Below, one piece after another: positions 1 to 9,860 of a stretch of DNA of 64,000 nucleotides. Every line of letters begins with the position of its first letter. The stretch's first letter is position 1. Where the stretch lies: assembly GCA_963682135.1 (NCBI GenBank), contig OY821645.1, forward strand, positions 512,001-576,000, in the 5' to 3' direction. The DNA comes from Methanothrix sp. (GTDB lineage Archaea; Halobacteriota; Methanosarcinia; Methanotrichales; Methanotrichaceae). The notes under the pieces are model-generated. The model was not told where the DNA came from. It made no database searches and saw only the letters and a program-made list of their open reading frames with translations. A program made the position numbers and the translations under genes.

Positions 1-41
1 AGAACGGCAAGATCGAGTTTGTAATGACCGGGGGGATGTGA
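1..41 (+). CDS. 3' end of upstream eCIS baseplate assembly protein (partial)
   Basis: Frame from base 3 reads NGKIEFVMTGGM*, resembling the ENG-x-I/L...GG C-terminus of eCIS baseplate-J-like proteins; stop lies 3 nt before the next ATG. Confidence 0.65.
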   Translation, partial: NGKIEFVMTGGM

Positions 42-44
42 GCC

Positions 45-3000
45 ATGACTTCTGATGATGGAAAATTGGATAGATGCGGCTGTTGCAAAGGAGTTGAGCC
101 TCGATCGGCTCGTTACAATCGACCCGGTCTGCCGTCCATAGAATACAAGCTGGATACCCATTCTGGCTTCTTTAAGAGAGCTCTCGCAAAGCTGCACCTC
201 CAGAAGGCAGCAGACGATTCTCAGCCCCTCCGGGCTCTGACCACCCGTTCCAAGGACGATTTTGCCATCGCTCTGCTGGATGCCTGGGCAATGGTGGGGG
301 ACGTTATCTCTTTTTATCAGGAGCGTGCGGCCAATGAGGGATTCTTGCGCACCCTGCAGGAAAGGGTTTCGGCCCTGGAAATGGCAAGGGCCATCGGATA
401 CGAGTTGAAGCCGGGCGTTGCCGCCAGCGCTATTCTCGCTTTTACCATGGATGACTCGCCGGGCTCTGCGAAAGTAACTTTGATACCGAAAGCTCTGGCA
501 GTCAAGAGCATCCCGCCGCCGGGAAAATTGCCCCAAACCTTCGAGACGGCTGAGGATCTGGAAGCGAGGGTGGAGTGGAATGCTCTCTCTCCCCTGCTCA
601 CCGAAGAGCAGATGGTAGGAAACGGCTCGACTGGAGTCCTGCTGGAAGGGCTTGATACCTCATTGCAGCCTGGAGACGCTCTACTCTTCGTGGCCGCGGA
701 GGATGACTCTGACCTCGAGGGCGAAGCCTGGCAGAGGTGCGCTGTGAATGATGTGAAATACAGCCCTGAAGATGAGATTGTCACCATCAAGTGGGACAGA
801 CCTCTCAGGGAGAGGGCGAAGGGCCTGCGGCTCGCAGGTGACCACACGAATCTGAAAGCAGGCGATCCCATTCTCTTTGAGAATGAATCCAAAGAGAGCC
901 GATCTCTGGCGGCGGTAGGAGACCTTTGCAAAGACACGCTGGCAATTTGGCAGGAGCCGTTGACGATCAGAGCGACGCAGCTCTTGATTAAATGCCTGGG
1001 AACCGGCATCCGAAAGGGTGACGAGATCCTCTTTGGGCCGGCTGCAGGCCTGAAGGCCCATGTTATCATTAAGAAAACGCCTCTCACCAAGGTGATCGGC
1101 GATATCGAGAGCAATATCACCCTTCTCACATTAGAAGAAGCTTTTCCTTCGGCCAGAGGAGCAACGAAGATTCTCATCGATGGCGATTACCCGAATCTGG
1201 AACCTAAAGATGCCGTGGTTTTCGTGGGCCAATACCGCCAGACTCGGACTCTTGAGTCGGTCAACGTCATTGCCGGTAAAACCAGCATCGTCTGGAAGGT
1301 GCCATTAATAAGCGGCCGGACCACACTTATGCTAGATTCGGGAGTAAGTCCTGTCGATTTACACGCGGGAGATCTTGTGATCTTCATGGAGGCCAGTAGA
1401 GATGTTCGTTTGCTTGATCGCATAGAGAGCTTTGACAGCGTATATCTGGCTACCTGGACCGATCCGCTCCTTGACGGGTCCAGAGGGGTTCTGCTCGGCA
1501 AAGTTTTCGGCCAGATGGGATCGAACCCATCCCTCCTCTTCGAAGGAGACCCCCAGCAGGTCCGGACGGTCGTCGAAGCCTTCGAATGCGCGGACGAAAC
1601 ACTGCTGACCCTCAACAGAGCTATTGAGAAAGGAACAGGGCAGCTTCTGGCCGGGATTCGCAGCGAGAAGCTGAAGCCAACCGAAAATATCCACTTCGGC
1701 AGATACGCCTGGCAGGCTCGATCTATAAACAGCGTCAGAAAGATCTCCGATTCAACCGGAGACACTACCCTGGTATCCTGGGAGATGCCATTATGTGCAA
1801 AGCATATTGGGATGCGCCTCAGAGGGACAGAAGAGTCGATAAAGGTAAACGATCTGATCTGTTTTGAAGACCGGCGCTGGCAGATGCGCATCCTGACGAC
1901 TGTGACTGCCGATCTGCGGTTAAATTCGACATTCGTGAGCTGGGACGCTCCGTTGGCCTACCTTGGAGATCCGGAAGACACCTCTTTTATTAATCCTCTG
2001 GTATTTGCCATGCGAGAGCGGCCCGACCCCGACCGGCTCGGTCTGGATGAGGGAAAAATCGACCTTGAGGGCACCTATCCCAGGATCCTGCCAGGAAGCT
2101 GGGTTGCAATGACCCTCGATGAAGGTCTCTGCAATGTCTTAAACGCCTCCCTTATGTCAGTAGAACGGATTGTCGAAGTTCCCAGGTCTGGGGAAGATCC
2201 CCCTATGCAGTTCAAGTCGAAGGTAAAGATAACTCGCATCGAGCCGGATACGGCCCATGGCCTATCCGAATTTAAAGAGCAGCAAACCGCGGTCTTTGCC
2301 CAGAGTGAACCCCTCAGCATAGCTCTTAAGAGCCGTGAAGGTCTGATCGAAGGGCAGACCATCGAGCTGGACAGAGCGGTTTACGGTCTTGATACCGGAA
2401 AAACCCTGATAGCCAGTGGAAAGCTCATGCGGGCCCAGGTTGGAGTCGACGATCTGAAGCTCGTTTCATCCAAAGATATCGAAAAGCCTCTTTGCAGAGC
2501 TGACTCTCTCCAGGTATTAAAGCCTCCGCGAACGACAGAGTTTCTCTGGACTGCCGAAGATGAGGAAGGATTTGCCGGCACAATAATTGCCGATGCCGGG
2601 GGTATCGCATACGTATCCGGCTCCGGTTCTGATGGCCAGGCAGAGATCGAGGTCAAAGTCGACGGCTTGAAGCTGATTTCACTGGAAGAAGAGAGTAGAG
2701 ATCTGGCCAGGGGCCAGGTATTGAAGGCAACCGGTCTGCCTAAAAGTGTCTCGCTTCGCTGGACCCTGAGGGACGGCGACGGTTTTGAGGGCACAGTGAC
2801 AGCTCTGGCTGGTGAGATCTGTCTGCAGCCAGCTCTTGCCGGGGACTTGAAGGTCAGCGAGGTTGTGACCCTGAGCGGAACGGAGAGGTCTGGAGGGAGG
2901 ACCATCCTCTCGCTCAAAGATCCGATGGAAAGCCCTTATGATCCCGCAACCTTCTTGGTGTTTGCCAACGTCGTTCGTGCCACTCATGGCGAGACGAAGC

Positions 3001-4067
3001 AGGAGGTTTTAGGAAGTGGCGACGGCTCCCGGTCAAACCAGCGGTTCGAGCTTAGCAAGCCCTATCTGACCTATGTCTCCGCTCCTACTTCTAGCGGCAC
3101 CAGTAGCACTCTTGAGGTGAGAGTCAACGGTGTACTCTGGAAAGAGTCGCCTTCTCTCTACGGGATGGACGAAAGGAGCCAGAACTATGTCGCCCGCATA
3201 GATGACAATGCCTTGGCAACCATAATCTTCGGGGACGGCAAGAGCGGAGCGCGTCTTCCCACTGGTGATGAGAACATCACTGCCACCTACCGCAACGGCA
3301 TTGGACCTGACGGCGAGGTGGATTTTGAAAGCCTGACCCTTCTCCAGAGCCGTCCTCCTGGGATCAGCGAGGTGACAAATCCCCTGCCGGCTTCGGGGGC
3401 TGCTGCACCCGAAGAGCTTTCCGATGCCCAGCATAATGCCCCATTGACGGTTCTCACCCTGGATAGGATAGTCTCCTTACGCGACTTTGAGTACTTTGTC
3501 AGATCTTTTGCAGGTATCGGTAAGGCTCAGGCAGTTTCTCTCTCCCAGGGACAGAGCAAAGTGGTGCATATCACCATTGCCTCTTCCAGCGGCTCTGCTG
3601 TTGACCGAGGGTCATACCTCTATAGCAACCTCGTCAAGGCAATAGATGCCATGCGTGACCCCGTGGCCAGGATTCGTGAGCGAGTTATTGTTGACAGCTT
3701 CTCTCTTCAGACCTTCAGTATACAGGCCGGTATTATCATAGATGCCCGCTACCAAGCAGATGATGTAATGGCCCGGGCAGAGGCCGACTTGAGGAAGACC
3801 TTCTCCTTTGAAAACCGCAATTTCGGACAGTTCGTGACTGCCGCCGAAATTTTGGCCGTGATCCAGGCAATCGAGGGCGTGATCGCAGTGGACCTGGATA
3901 AGCTGGAACGAGACGACGCTCCTAAGGTCGGGACATCATTTACCGCCGTCTTACAAGCCGAGAGAGCTCGAATAGACAGGGAAACGGGAGAAATACTGCC
4001 TGCAGAGCTACTATTGCTGAATTTCTCCTCTAAAGGCAATTTACATTTAAAGGAACTGAAATCATGA
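45..4067 (+). CDS. eCIS baseplate assembly protein (baseplate J/gp47-like) with internal module amplification
   Basis: DDFAIALLDAWAMVGDVISFYQERAANEGFLRT, IGYELKPGVAA, ANVVRATHGET-EVLGSGD, FGDGKSGARLPTG, NAPLTVLTLDRIVSLRDFE motifs. Confidence 0.9.
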   Translation: MTSDDGKLDRCGCCKGVEPRSARYNRPGLPSIEYKLDTHSGFFKRALAKLHLQKAADDSQPLRALTTRSKDDFAIALLDAWAMVGDVISFYQERAANEGFLRTLQERVSALEMARAIGYELKPGVAASAILAFTMDDSPGSAKVTLIPKALAVKSIPPPGKLPQTFETAEDLEARVEWNALSPLLTEEQMVGNGSTGVLLEGLDTSLQPGDALLFVAAEDDSDLEGEAWQRCAVNDVKYSPEDEIVTIKWDRPLRERAKGLRLAGDHTNLKAGDPILFENESKESRSLAAVGDLCKDTLAIWQEPLTIRATQLLIKCLGTGIRKGDEILFGPAAGLKAHVIIKKTPLTKVIGDIESNITLLTLEEAFPSARGATKILIDGDYPNLEPKDAVVFVGQYRQTRTLESVNVIAGKTSIVWKVPLISGRTTLMLDSGVSPVDLHAGDLVIFMEASRDVRLLDRIESFDSVYLATWTDPLLDGSRGVLLGKVFGQMGSNPSLLFEGDPQQVRTVVEAFECADETLLTLNRAIEKGTGQLLAGIRSEKLKPTENIHFGRYAWQARSINSVRKISDSTGDTTLVSWEMPLCAKHIGMRLRGTEESIKVNDLICFEDRRWQMRILTTVTADLRLNSTFVSWDAPLAYLGDPEDTSFINPLVFAMRERPDPDRLGLDEGKIDLEGTYPRILPGSWVAMTLDEGLCNVLNASLMSVERIVEVPRSGEDPPMQFKSKVKITRIEPDTAHGLSEFKEQQTAVFAQSEPLSIALKSREGLIEGQTIELDRAVYGLDTGKTLIASGKLMRAQVGVDDLKLVSSKDIEKPLCRADSLQVLKPPRTTEFLWTAEDEEGFAGTIIADAGGIAYVSGSGSDGQAEIEVKVDGLKLISLEEESRDLARGQVLKATGLPKSVSLRWTLRDGDGFEGTVTALAGEICLQPALAGDLKVSEVVTLSGTERSGGRTILSLKDPMESPYDPATFLVFANVVRATHGETKQEVLGSGDGSRSNQRFELSKPYLTYVSAPTSSGTSSTLEVRVNGVLWKESPSLYGMDERSQNYVARIDDNALATIIFGDGKSGARLPTGDENITATYRNGIGPDGEVDFESLTLLQSRPPGISEVTNPLPASGAAAPEELSDAQHNAPLTVLTLDRIVSLRDFEYFVRSFAGIGKAQAVSLSQGQSKVVHITIASSSGSAVDRGSYLYSNLVKAIDAMRDPVARIRERVIVDSFSLQTFSIQAGIIIDARYQADDVMARAEADLRKTFSFENRNFGQFVTAAEILAVIQAIEGVIAVDLDKLERDDAPKVGTSFTAVLQAERARIDRETGEILPAELLLLNFSSKGNLHLKELKS
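633..1955 (+). repeat. About 8 diverged tandem ~55-aa modules inside the baseplate protein
   Basis: Recurring L-x-G...L-x-x-GD-x-I-x-F...R...T-x-x-x-W-x-x-PL pattern (WDRPL, WQEPL, LEEAF, WKVPL, WTDPL, LNRAI, WEMPL, WDAPL). Confidence 0.7.
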
Positions 4068-6271
4068 CCGAAGCTACAAAGGGACGACTCTATAACCTTC
4101 TGCCTGCAGTCTATAGAGCTCGTGACTCCAAGGTGGGCGAGCCCCTGAGAGCTCTGCTGGATCTGATTGAAGGAGAGATGCAGCTCCTGGAGGAGGATAT
4201 TGGTGGGCTCTACGATGATTGGTTCATTGAGACCTGTGACGACTGGGTGATTCCTTACATCGGCGACCTTCTTGGGGTCCACGCACTCCATTCTCTCTCG
4301 GCACGGGGGGCGAACATGCGAGGTTATGTGGCCAACACCATCGCCTACCGCAGGAGAAAGGGAACGGCTGCGGTTCTGGAGCAGGTATCACGCGATGCGA
4401 CTGGCTGGCCGTGTCACGCAGTCGAGTTCTTCCAGCTTCTGGCTGTCACCCAGCATTTGAATCATCTGCGTCTGGACAAGGGTCGAACGGCCTGCGTTCG
4501 CAATGCTGATGAGATTGAGCTGGCGGGCGGGCCCTTTGAGACGACAGCCCATACCCTGGACGCAAGAAGAATAGCCACCAGAGGCGGAAAATACAACATT
4601 GCCAACGTCGGCATCTTTCTCTGGAGGCTGCAAAGTTATCCTTTGAGCCGGTCCTCCGCTCGCAAGATCGGCGAGGAAGGCAGACGGTACACCTTCGATC
4701 CCATCGGCTTTGAGATTCCCCTGTTCAACAGGCCTCAGACCGAAGAATGGATCGTCCATCTCTCTTCGGAGGTTAATGTCCCCGGAACGCTGCGTCGCTA
4801 TCCTCTTTATAGCGAGCTTGAGGCCCGTCGCAAGGGAGAGGTTTTGCAGCCATCTTATTTCGAGCCTCAGCCTGTTTTTGAGATCGAGATCGTACTCGAT
4901 GATGAGACTGAGCCTCACATAGTACCTCTAAAGGACATCTTCATCTGCAATATGGCCCAGTGGCGAGATCCGCCTTCGTCGGAAGAGCTCGAATCAACTG
5001 GGGATAGTGACCAGGCCAAACGCATTCCCGTTGCCATCGATCCGGTGAGGGGAAAGATGACCCTTCCCAAGGATACCTCTCCAAGGGAGGTCCTCGTCAG
5101 CTACTCTTGCGGCTTTAGCGGTGATGTGGGCGCAGGACCCTATGATCGCACATCATCAATAGAGCAAGCCCTGGCAGGCGAAGTGGACTGGCAGGTTGGG
5201 GTGAGCAAAGAGGCTGCAGACGGGGATGCGATATTCGAGACCATCCAGGAGGCGCTGGATGAGTGGAATAATCTGAAGCTTGGGGGCGATTTTGAGGCAA
5301 AGGTAGGTTTGATCGTTATAATGGACAGCCGGACATACAAAGAAGGAAAACTGACAGCATTCGTTCCTTACGGTTGCCAGCTTCTGATCGTAGCCGCAAA
5401 CTGGCCAAAGCCGAGGACGAAGGGACAATTCGCAGCCAGGGGGCTGAGGCCCCATCTGCAGGGAGATATGGCAATATCAGGAGGTACTGCCTCAGACTCG
5501 GGATCTGATCCAGGAGAGCTTGTTATAGATGGCCTCATGATTGAAGGAGAGCTGAGTGTCCCCAAAGGCAACCTCAGCCTTCGAGTGGCTCACAGCACAC
5601 TGAAGGAGCATGACAAGTCCAAGGAGGGCGGCTTCTCGGAGGAAGAAGTTTCCGCTGGTGGCGGCATAAGAGTTGATAGCGCCAGTCTGATAGAATTGAC
5701 CATTGAGAGGTCGATATGCGGACCGATTGAGATAGGTGGCAACGATTGCAGCTTGATTCTGAACGAGAGCATCGAATATGACTCAATTATCGCTGAGAAG
5801 ACTGCCGCTAAAATAGATCGTTGCACAGTTATGGGAGAAAGCAATCTGCGCCGTCTGGAGGCCAGCAACTGCATATTTCTGGAAAAGGTGACTGTTAAGC
5901 AGCGACAGGAAGGATGCGTTCGGTTCTCTTATCTACCCTATGATTCGCTTTCACCCCGGCGCTTCCGCTGCCAGCCTGACCTGGCTATGGCTGAAGAGAA
6001 AGAGGCATTGGGAAGAGATCTCTCCGATGAGGAGAAGAGAGGGGTTATGGTTCGTCTCTGTCCCGCATTTACATCGGTTCGTTACGGCGATCCAGGGTAT
6101 ATTCAGCTCAGCTCCGCCTCTGCTAAGGAGGTTAGGACGGGAGCTGAAGACGGCTCGGAGATGGGCGTCTTCGGGATTTTGGAGCAGCCTTCGCGAGAGT
6201 CTAACCTGAGGATGGCTTTGGAGGAGTACATGAGGTTCGGGCTTGAGGCCGGGATCTTTTACGTGACATAA
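4064..6271 (+). CDS. eCIS baseplate/tail protein (phage tail protein I-like N-terminus)
   Basis: RLYNLLPAVYRARD, LYDDWFIETCDDWVIPYIGDLLG, ANTIAYRRRKGT, C-terminal GAEDGSEMGVF...GLEAGIFYVT; ATGA overlap with the upstream stop. Confidence 0.85.
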   Translation: MTEATKGRLYNLLPAVYRARDSKVGEPLRALLDLIEGEMQLLEEDIGGLYDDWFIETCDDWVIPYIGDLLGVHALHSLSARGANMRGYVANTIAYRRRKGTAAVLEQVSRDATGWPCHAVEFFQLLAVTQHLNHLRLDKGRTACVRNADEIELAGGPFETTAHTLDARRIATRGGKYNIANVGIFLWRLQSYPLSRSSARKIGEEGRRYTFDPIGFEIPLFNRPQTEEWIVHLSSEVNVPGTLRRYPLYSELEARRKGEVLQPSYFEPQPVFEIEIVLDDETEPHIVPLKDIFICNMAQWRDPPSSEELESTGDSDQAKRIPVAIDPVRGKMTLPKDTSPREVLVSYSCGFSGDVGAGPYDRTSSIEQALAGEVDWQVGVSKEAADGDAIFETIQEALDEWNNLKLGGDFEAKVGLIVIMDSRTYKEGKLTAFVPYGCQLLIVAANWPKPRTKGQFAARGLRPHLQGDMAISGGTASDSGSDPGELVIDGLMIEGELSVPKGNLSLRVAHSTLKEHDKSKEGGFSEEEVSAGGGIRVDSASLIELTIERSICGPIEIGGNDCSLILNESIEYDSIIAEKTAAKIDRCTVMGESNLRRLEASNCIFLEKVTVKQRQEGCVRFSYLPYDSLSPRRFRCQPDLAMAEEKEALGRDLSDEEKRGVMVRLCPAFTSVRYGDPGYIQLSSASAKEVRTGAEDGSEMGVFGILEQPSRESNLRMALEEYMRFGLEAGIFYVT

Positions 6272-6290
6272 TTACTGAGAGGGGCACTTT

Positions 6291-9200
6291 ATGAAAGGAG
6301 ATTTTACACGGTTCACATTCGATCCCAAAAAGCATTTCAACAGGGTCTTGATGCAGCAGGGCCGGGTGATCCTGGACGCTGACTGGAACGAGCAATCGGA
6401 TATCCAGAAGCATATCCGGGAAACGGAGGATTCTGATGTCATTGGCCCAAGCGGGGCTCCCATCGATTTTGCCGGTTTCAAGGTCGAGGTTGCACCCGAT
6501 GGTCGAGAGCTGATCCTATCCACCGGCCGGATGTATGTGAATGGGATTTTGTGTGAGCTGGATGCTCATATCCTATATTTTGAAAGTGTAGCCTTCCCAT
6601 CGGAAAAACTGGTAAAGCTTCTCACCCAGAACATCGAAGATATGGGTTTTGAGAAAGGCCAGTGGATTGAGATCTCAGTTAAAAGCGATGAGCAGATTGC
6701 GCCTCAGGTGCTCAAAGTAGTGGAGATAAACGCCGCTGAGTCGATTCTGACCCTAAACGATAATGTCAACGGTAATCTAAGCACTCAGGCGGCATCTTCA
6801 GGCATATTTATAAAAATATTCTCAAAGATAGAAGCAGAGCACGAGCTAGATACCGATGCTTCTGAGACCTTCCTGGCCCATCTGGACGTCTGGGAGAGGC
6901 ACATCACATCTGTGGAAGACGACGGCATTCGGGAAAAGGCCCTGGACGGCCCGGACACCACTACCCGCGCCAAGACTGAGTGGCGCGTGAAACTCTTGCC
7001 CTGCGAGCTGGAGAAAAAATCGTGCCGGGAAGCGGCCTTGAAGCTGAAGAATCTGACGGAAAAGAATGTTTCCCGCCTTGCTGTTCGTCTGCAGCCCTCC
7101 CAGGGTGAATTCTTTGAAGATCCATGTGCCGCACTGCTGCAAGCAGCTTACCGGGGGCTTGAGAACCAGCTCTATCGGGTGGAGATTCACAAGCCAGGTG
7201 AGACAGGAAAGGCTACCTTCAAGTGGTCCCGAAATAACGGGGCGATAGCTTTTGCCATATTGGATTTCATAGCTGAGGAAGCAGCTAACTCCGGGGCAAA
7301 AACCGATCCCAATGTCTACAAGAAGGTGAAGCTGCAGCAGCTCGGATGGGACGAGGAGCTTCGGATCCACAAAGATGATTGGGTCGAGGTCCTGGGCGAT
7401 GAGACTGAGATCTTGGGCAAACCCGGAACTTTGGCCAGAGTTGAGGATATCGATGAGACCGATCTGATCCTGACGCTAACCGTTGATGTGGCCAGGCACC
7501 TGGAAGAATCCAATCCCAAAGTCCGTCTTTGGGATATAGACGCAAGCGAAGGCATATCAACTGTGGGCACCTCTGAAGAGGACTGCTGGATAGAGCTTGA
7601 AAACGGCATAGAGGTCTGCTTTAAAGCGGGCGATTATTACCAGACTGGCGACTACTGGATGATTGCTGCCCGAAGCACGGGAGATATAGAATGGCCTTAT
7701 GACGAGAAAGATTTTGTGCCGAAGTTCGGTATCCAACATCACAATTGTCTGCTGGCTATTTTAACTCGCAATCAGGACAGAATGTGGAAGTTTGAAAAGG
7801 ATTGCCGCAAGCTTTTCCCAAATCTGACGGATATGGTATTCTTCTCCTACGCCGGTGGCGACGGCCAGGAGGCGATGCCTGGAAAGGAGTTGCCATCATC
7901 GCTTCAGGTTGGGGTCCATCGTGGAGGCAGTCCTATTGTTGGGGCAGAGGTGAAGTTTGAGATCGCAAAAGGACAAGGAGAACTTCGATTATCTGATAAT
8001 ACTTTTTCCTATCAAAAAGATTGCACAATTACCACAGGAGAAGACGGCATCGCTGAATGCTTCTGGAAGTTTGGAGAGGACCAGCCAAAAGCAGATCCTA
8101 TCTGGACTGAGATGGTGAAAGCCACACTTCTCTCACCAGAACAGGAGCATCCTCCATCGATTCTCTTTAATGCAAGCGCCAGTGCTGCGTCTCTGTCTTA
8201 CGTCGAAGGGGACGGCCAGGAAGCGATGCCTGGAGAAGAGTTGCCTGCACCTCTCCTGGCGAGGGTCTTTGTGGGCGGCTATCCCTTAAAGAATGCAGAG
8301 GTCGAATTCGAGATTTTAAAAGGTCAAGGAGAGCTGCGTTCGTCAGAAAGCGCATTCTCCGGACTAAGAAATCTTAAAGTAACCGCAGGAGAAGACGGTA
8401 TCGCCCGATGCTTCTGGAAGATTGGGACAGATCAGCCTGAAGGCGCTCTGATCTGGACCGAGCAGGTTGAAGCTAGGCTCATCAATCCAAAACAAGAGCA
8501 TTCCCCATCGATGTTTTTTAACGCCAATGTTATCGCTCTGGCTCTATCCTACGCCGGTGGCGATGGTCAGGAGGCAATGCCTGGAAAGGGTCTGCCTGCA
8601 CCGTTCAGGGTCAGAGTCTCCAGAGGCGAACGTCCAGTTGAAGGGGCAGAGGTCGTATTCGAAATCCTGGAAGGTCAGGGAGTCCTGAATCCTGCCGGCT
8701 CTGTTCCTACCGGAAAGGACGGGATTGCCCAGTGCGCATGTCAGCTTGCAGATGGGGTAGGCAGCATGCACCTTCAAGTAAGGGCTGCGCTTATCAATAT
8801 CGTATGTCCTGACAAAACCGGCGCTCTTTCTCATCCTTCAATTATCTTTAACGCAAATGCCAGTATTGCAGAAGAGGTAGCCTGTGTTCCGCCGACAGAG
8901 TGTTCCCAGCTTAAGGATGTCAGGACCGTCCAAGGTGCCATCAATCGTCTCTGCCAACAGGTCTCATTTTCCTGTATTGGCGGCGATGGCCAGGAGGCTA
9001 TGCCTGGACTTGAGCTTGCCAGCCCGTTACAGGTCAGAGTGGCCAGGGGATCTTACCCTGTCAATGGCGCAAGTGTCAAGTTCAAGATCGAGAGCGAAAA
9101 TGGACTGCTCAGGGATTCAAAAGGTGTGACTGGATATGAGCTTTCAGTTTTAACAGATGAGAACGGTATAGCTGCCTGCTTTTGCATATTGTACAAGAGC

Positions 9201-9827
9201 GCCAGGATCGAGGCAAGACTGTGGCAGCCCGCTCCTCCCGATCAAAGCTTAATATGGTTTAACGCAAGCCTTAGCACCGCAGAAGAGGTGGCTTATGTTC
9301 CGCCTGCAGCGTGCCCCCAGCTGAAAGATGTCAGAACCGTCCAGGCTGCCATTGATGGTCTGTGCAAAACCCTCTCAGAGAGGACATCCCGGGTCGTGTG
9401 GGTTCACGGCAATAGCCTGCAGGTTGAAAAAATGGCAGGAGAAATTACGGTTGTGCGGGAAAATTATGCAACCGCAGTCAGAATGACAGGCGGCTCTAAG
9501 GCCGGAATGCATTTTTCAATTCCAACCATCCAGTCTCCGGGCGGCATCCCCCCGCTGGCTCAGGGGTCCCTGGTTCGTCTCAGAGCATCATCTGATTCTG
9601 CAGCTGCATTTTCTCTTTCCATTGCCGTATCAATCTATGATGGTGAGATTTCGATATCTGATGGTAATAGAATAGGGATTTCCGGAACATGGGAGACAAA
9701 AGAGATCGACTTTCCCGATAAAGAAATAAAGACCGGGCTAGGTATATCGATATATGCAGAGTGCACCGCAGGAAGCGGCAAGATAGAGCTTAGCGCTGCT
9801 GGATGCAGGATTTTATCAGACTGGTGA
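6291..9827 (+). CDS. DUF6519 protein 1 (putative eCIS tail fibre) with four Ig-like repeats and a distinct C-terminal domain
   Basis: MKGDFTRFTFDP...MQQGRVILDADWNEQ, YRGLENQLYRVEIH, ATFKWSRNNG, GDYWMI; four GDGQEAMPG repeats. Confidence 0.85.
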   Translation: MKGDFTRFTFDPKKHFNRVLMQQGRVILDADWNEQSDIQKHIRETEDSDVIGPSGAPIDFAGFKVEVAPDGRELILSTGRMYVNGILCELDAHILYFESVAFPSEKLVKLLTQNIEDMGFEKGQWIEISVKSDEQIAPQVLKVVEINAAESILTLNDNVNGNLSTQAASSGIFIKIFSKIEAEHELDTDASETFLAHLDVWERHITSVEDDGIREKALDGPDTTTRAKTEWRVKLLPCELEKKSCREAALKLKNLTEKNVSRLAVRLQPSQGEFFEDPCAALLQAAYRGLENQLYRVEIHKPGETGKATFKWSRNNGAIAFAILDFIAEEAANSGAKTDPNVYKKVKLQQLGWDEELRIHKDDWVEVLGDETEILGKPGTLARVEDIDETDLILTLTVDVARHLEESNPKVRLWDIDASEGISTVGTSEEDCWIELENGIEVCFKAGDYYQTGDYWMIAARSTGDIEWPYDEKDFVPKFGIQHHNCLLAILTRNQDRMWKFEKDCRKLFPNLTDMVFFSYAGGDGQEAMPGKELPSSLQVGVHRGGSPIVGAEVKFEIAKGQGELRLSDNTFSYQKDCTITTGEDGIAECFWKFGEDQPKADPIWTEMVKATLLSPEQEHPPSILFNASASAASLSYVEGDGQEAMPGEELPAPLLARVFVGGYPLKNAEVEFEILKGQGELRSSESAFSGLRNLKVTAGEDGIARCFWKIGTDQPEGALIWTEQVEARLINPKQEHSPSMFFNANVIALALSYAGGDGQEAMPGKGLPAPFRVRVSRGERPVEGAEVVFEILEGQGVLNPAGSVPTGKDGIAQCACQLADGVGSMHLQVRAALINIVCPDKTGALSHPSIIFNANASIAEEVACVPPTECSQLKDVRTVQGAINRLCQQVSFSCIGGDGQEAMPGLELASPLQVRVARGSYPVNGASVKFKIESENGLLRDSKGVTGYELSVLTDENGIAACFCILYKSARIEARLWQPAPPDQSLIWFNASLSTAEEVAYVPPAACPQLKDVRTVQAAIDGLCKTLSERTSRVVWVHGNSLQVEKMAGEITVVRENYATAVRMTGGSKAGMHFSIPTIQSPGGIPPLAQGSLVRLRASSDSAAAFSLSIAVSIYDGEISISDGNRIGISGTWETKEIDFPDKEIKTGLGISIYAECTAGSGKIELSAAGCRILSDW

Positions 9828-9860
9828 GCTTCTAGAATGCGATGAAATTGAGGAAGTCTT

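Noticed and set aside
317-3434. Long minus-strand ORFs over the baseplate gene (and similar ones over ppsA and others)
   Set aside because: Antisense shadows of real genes with no recognisable motifs
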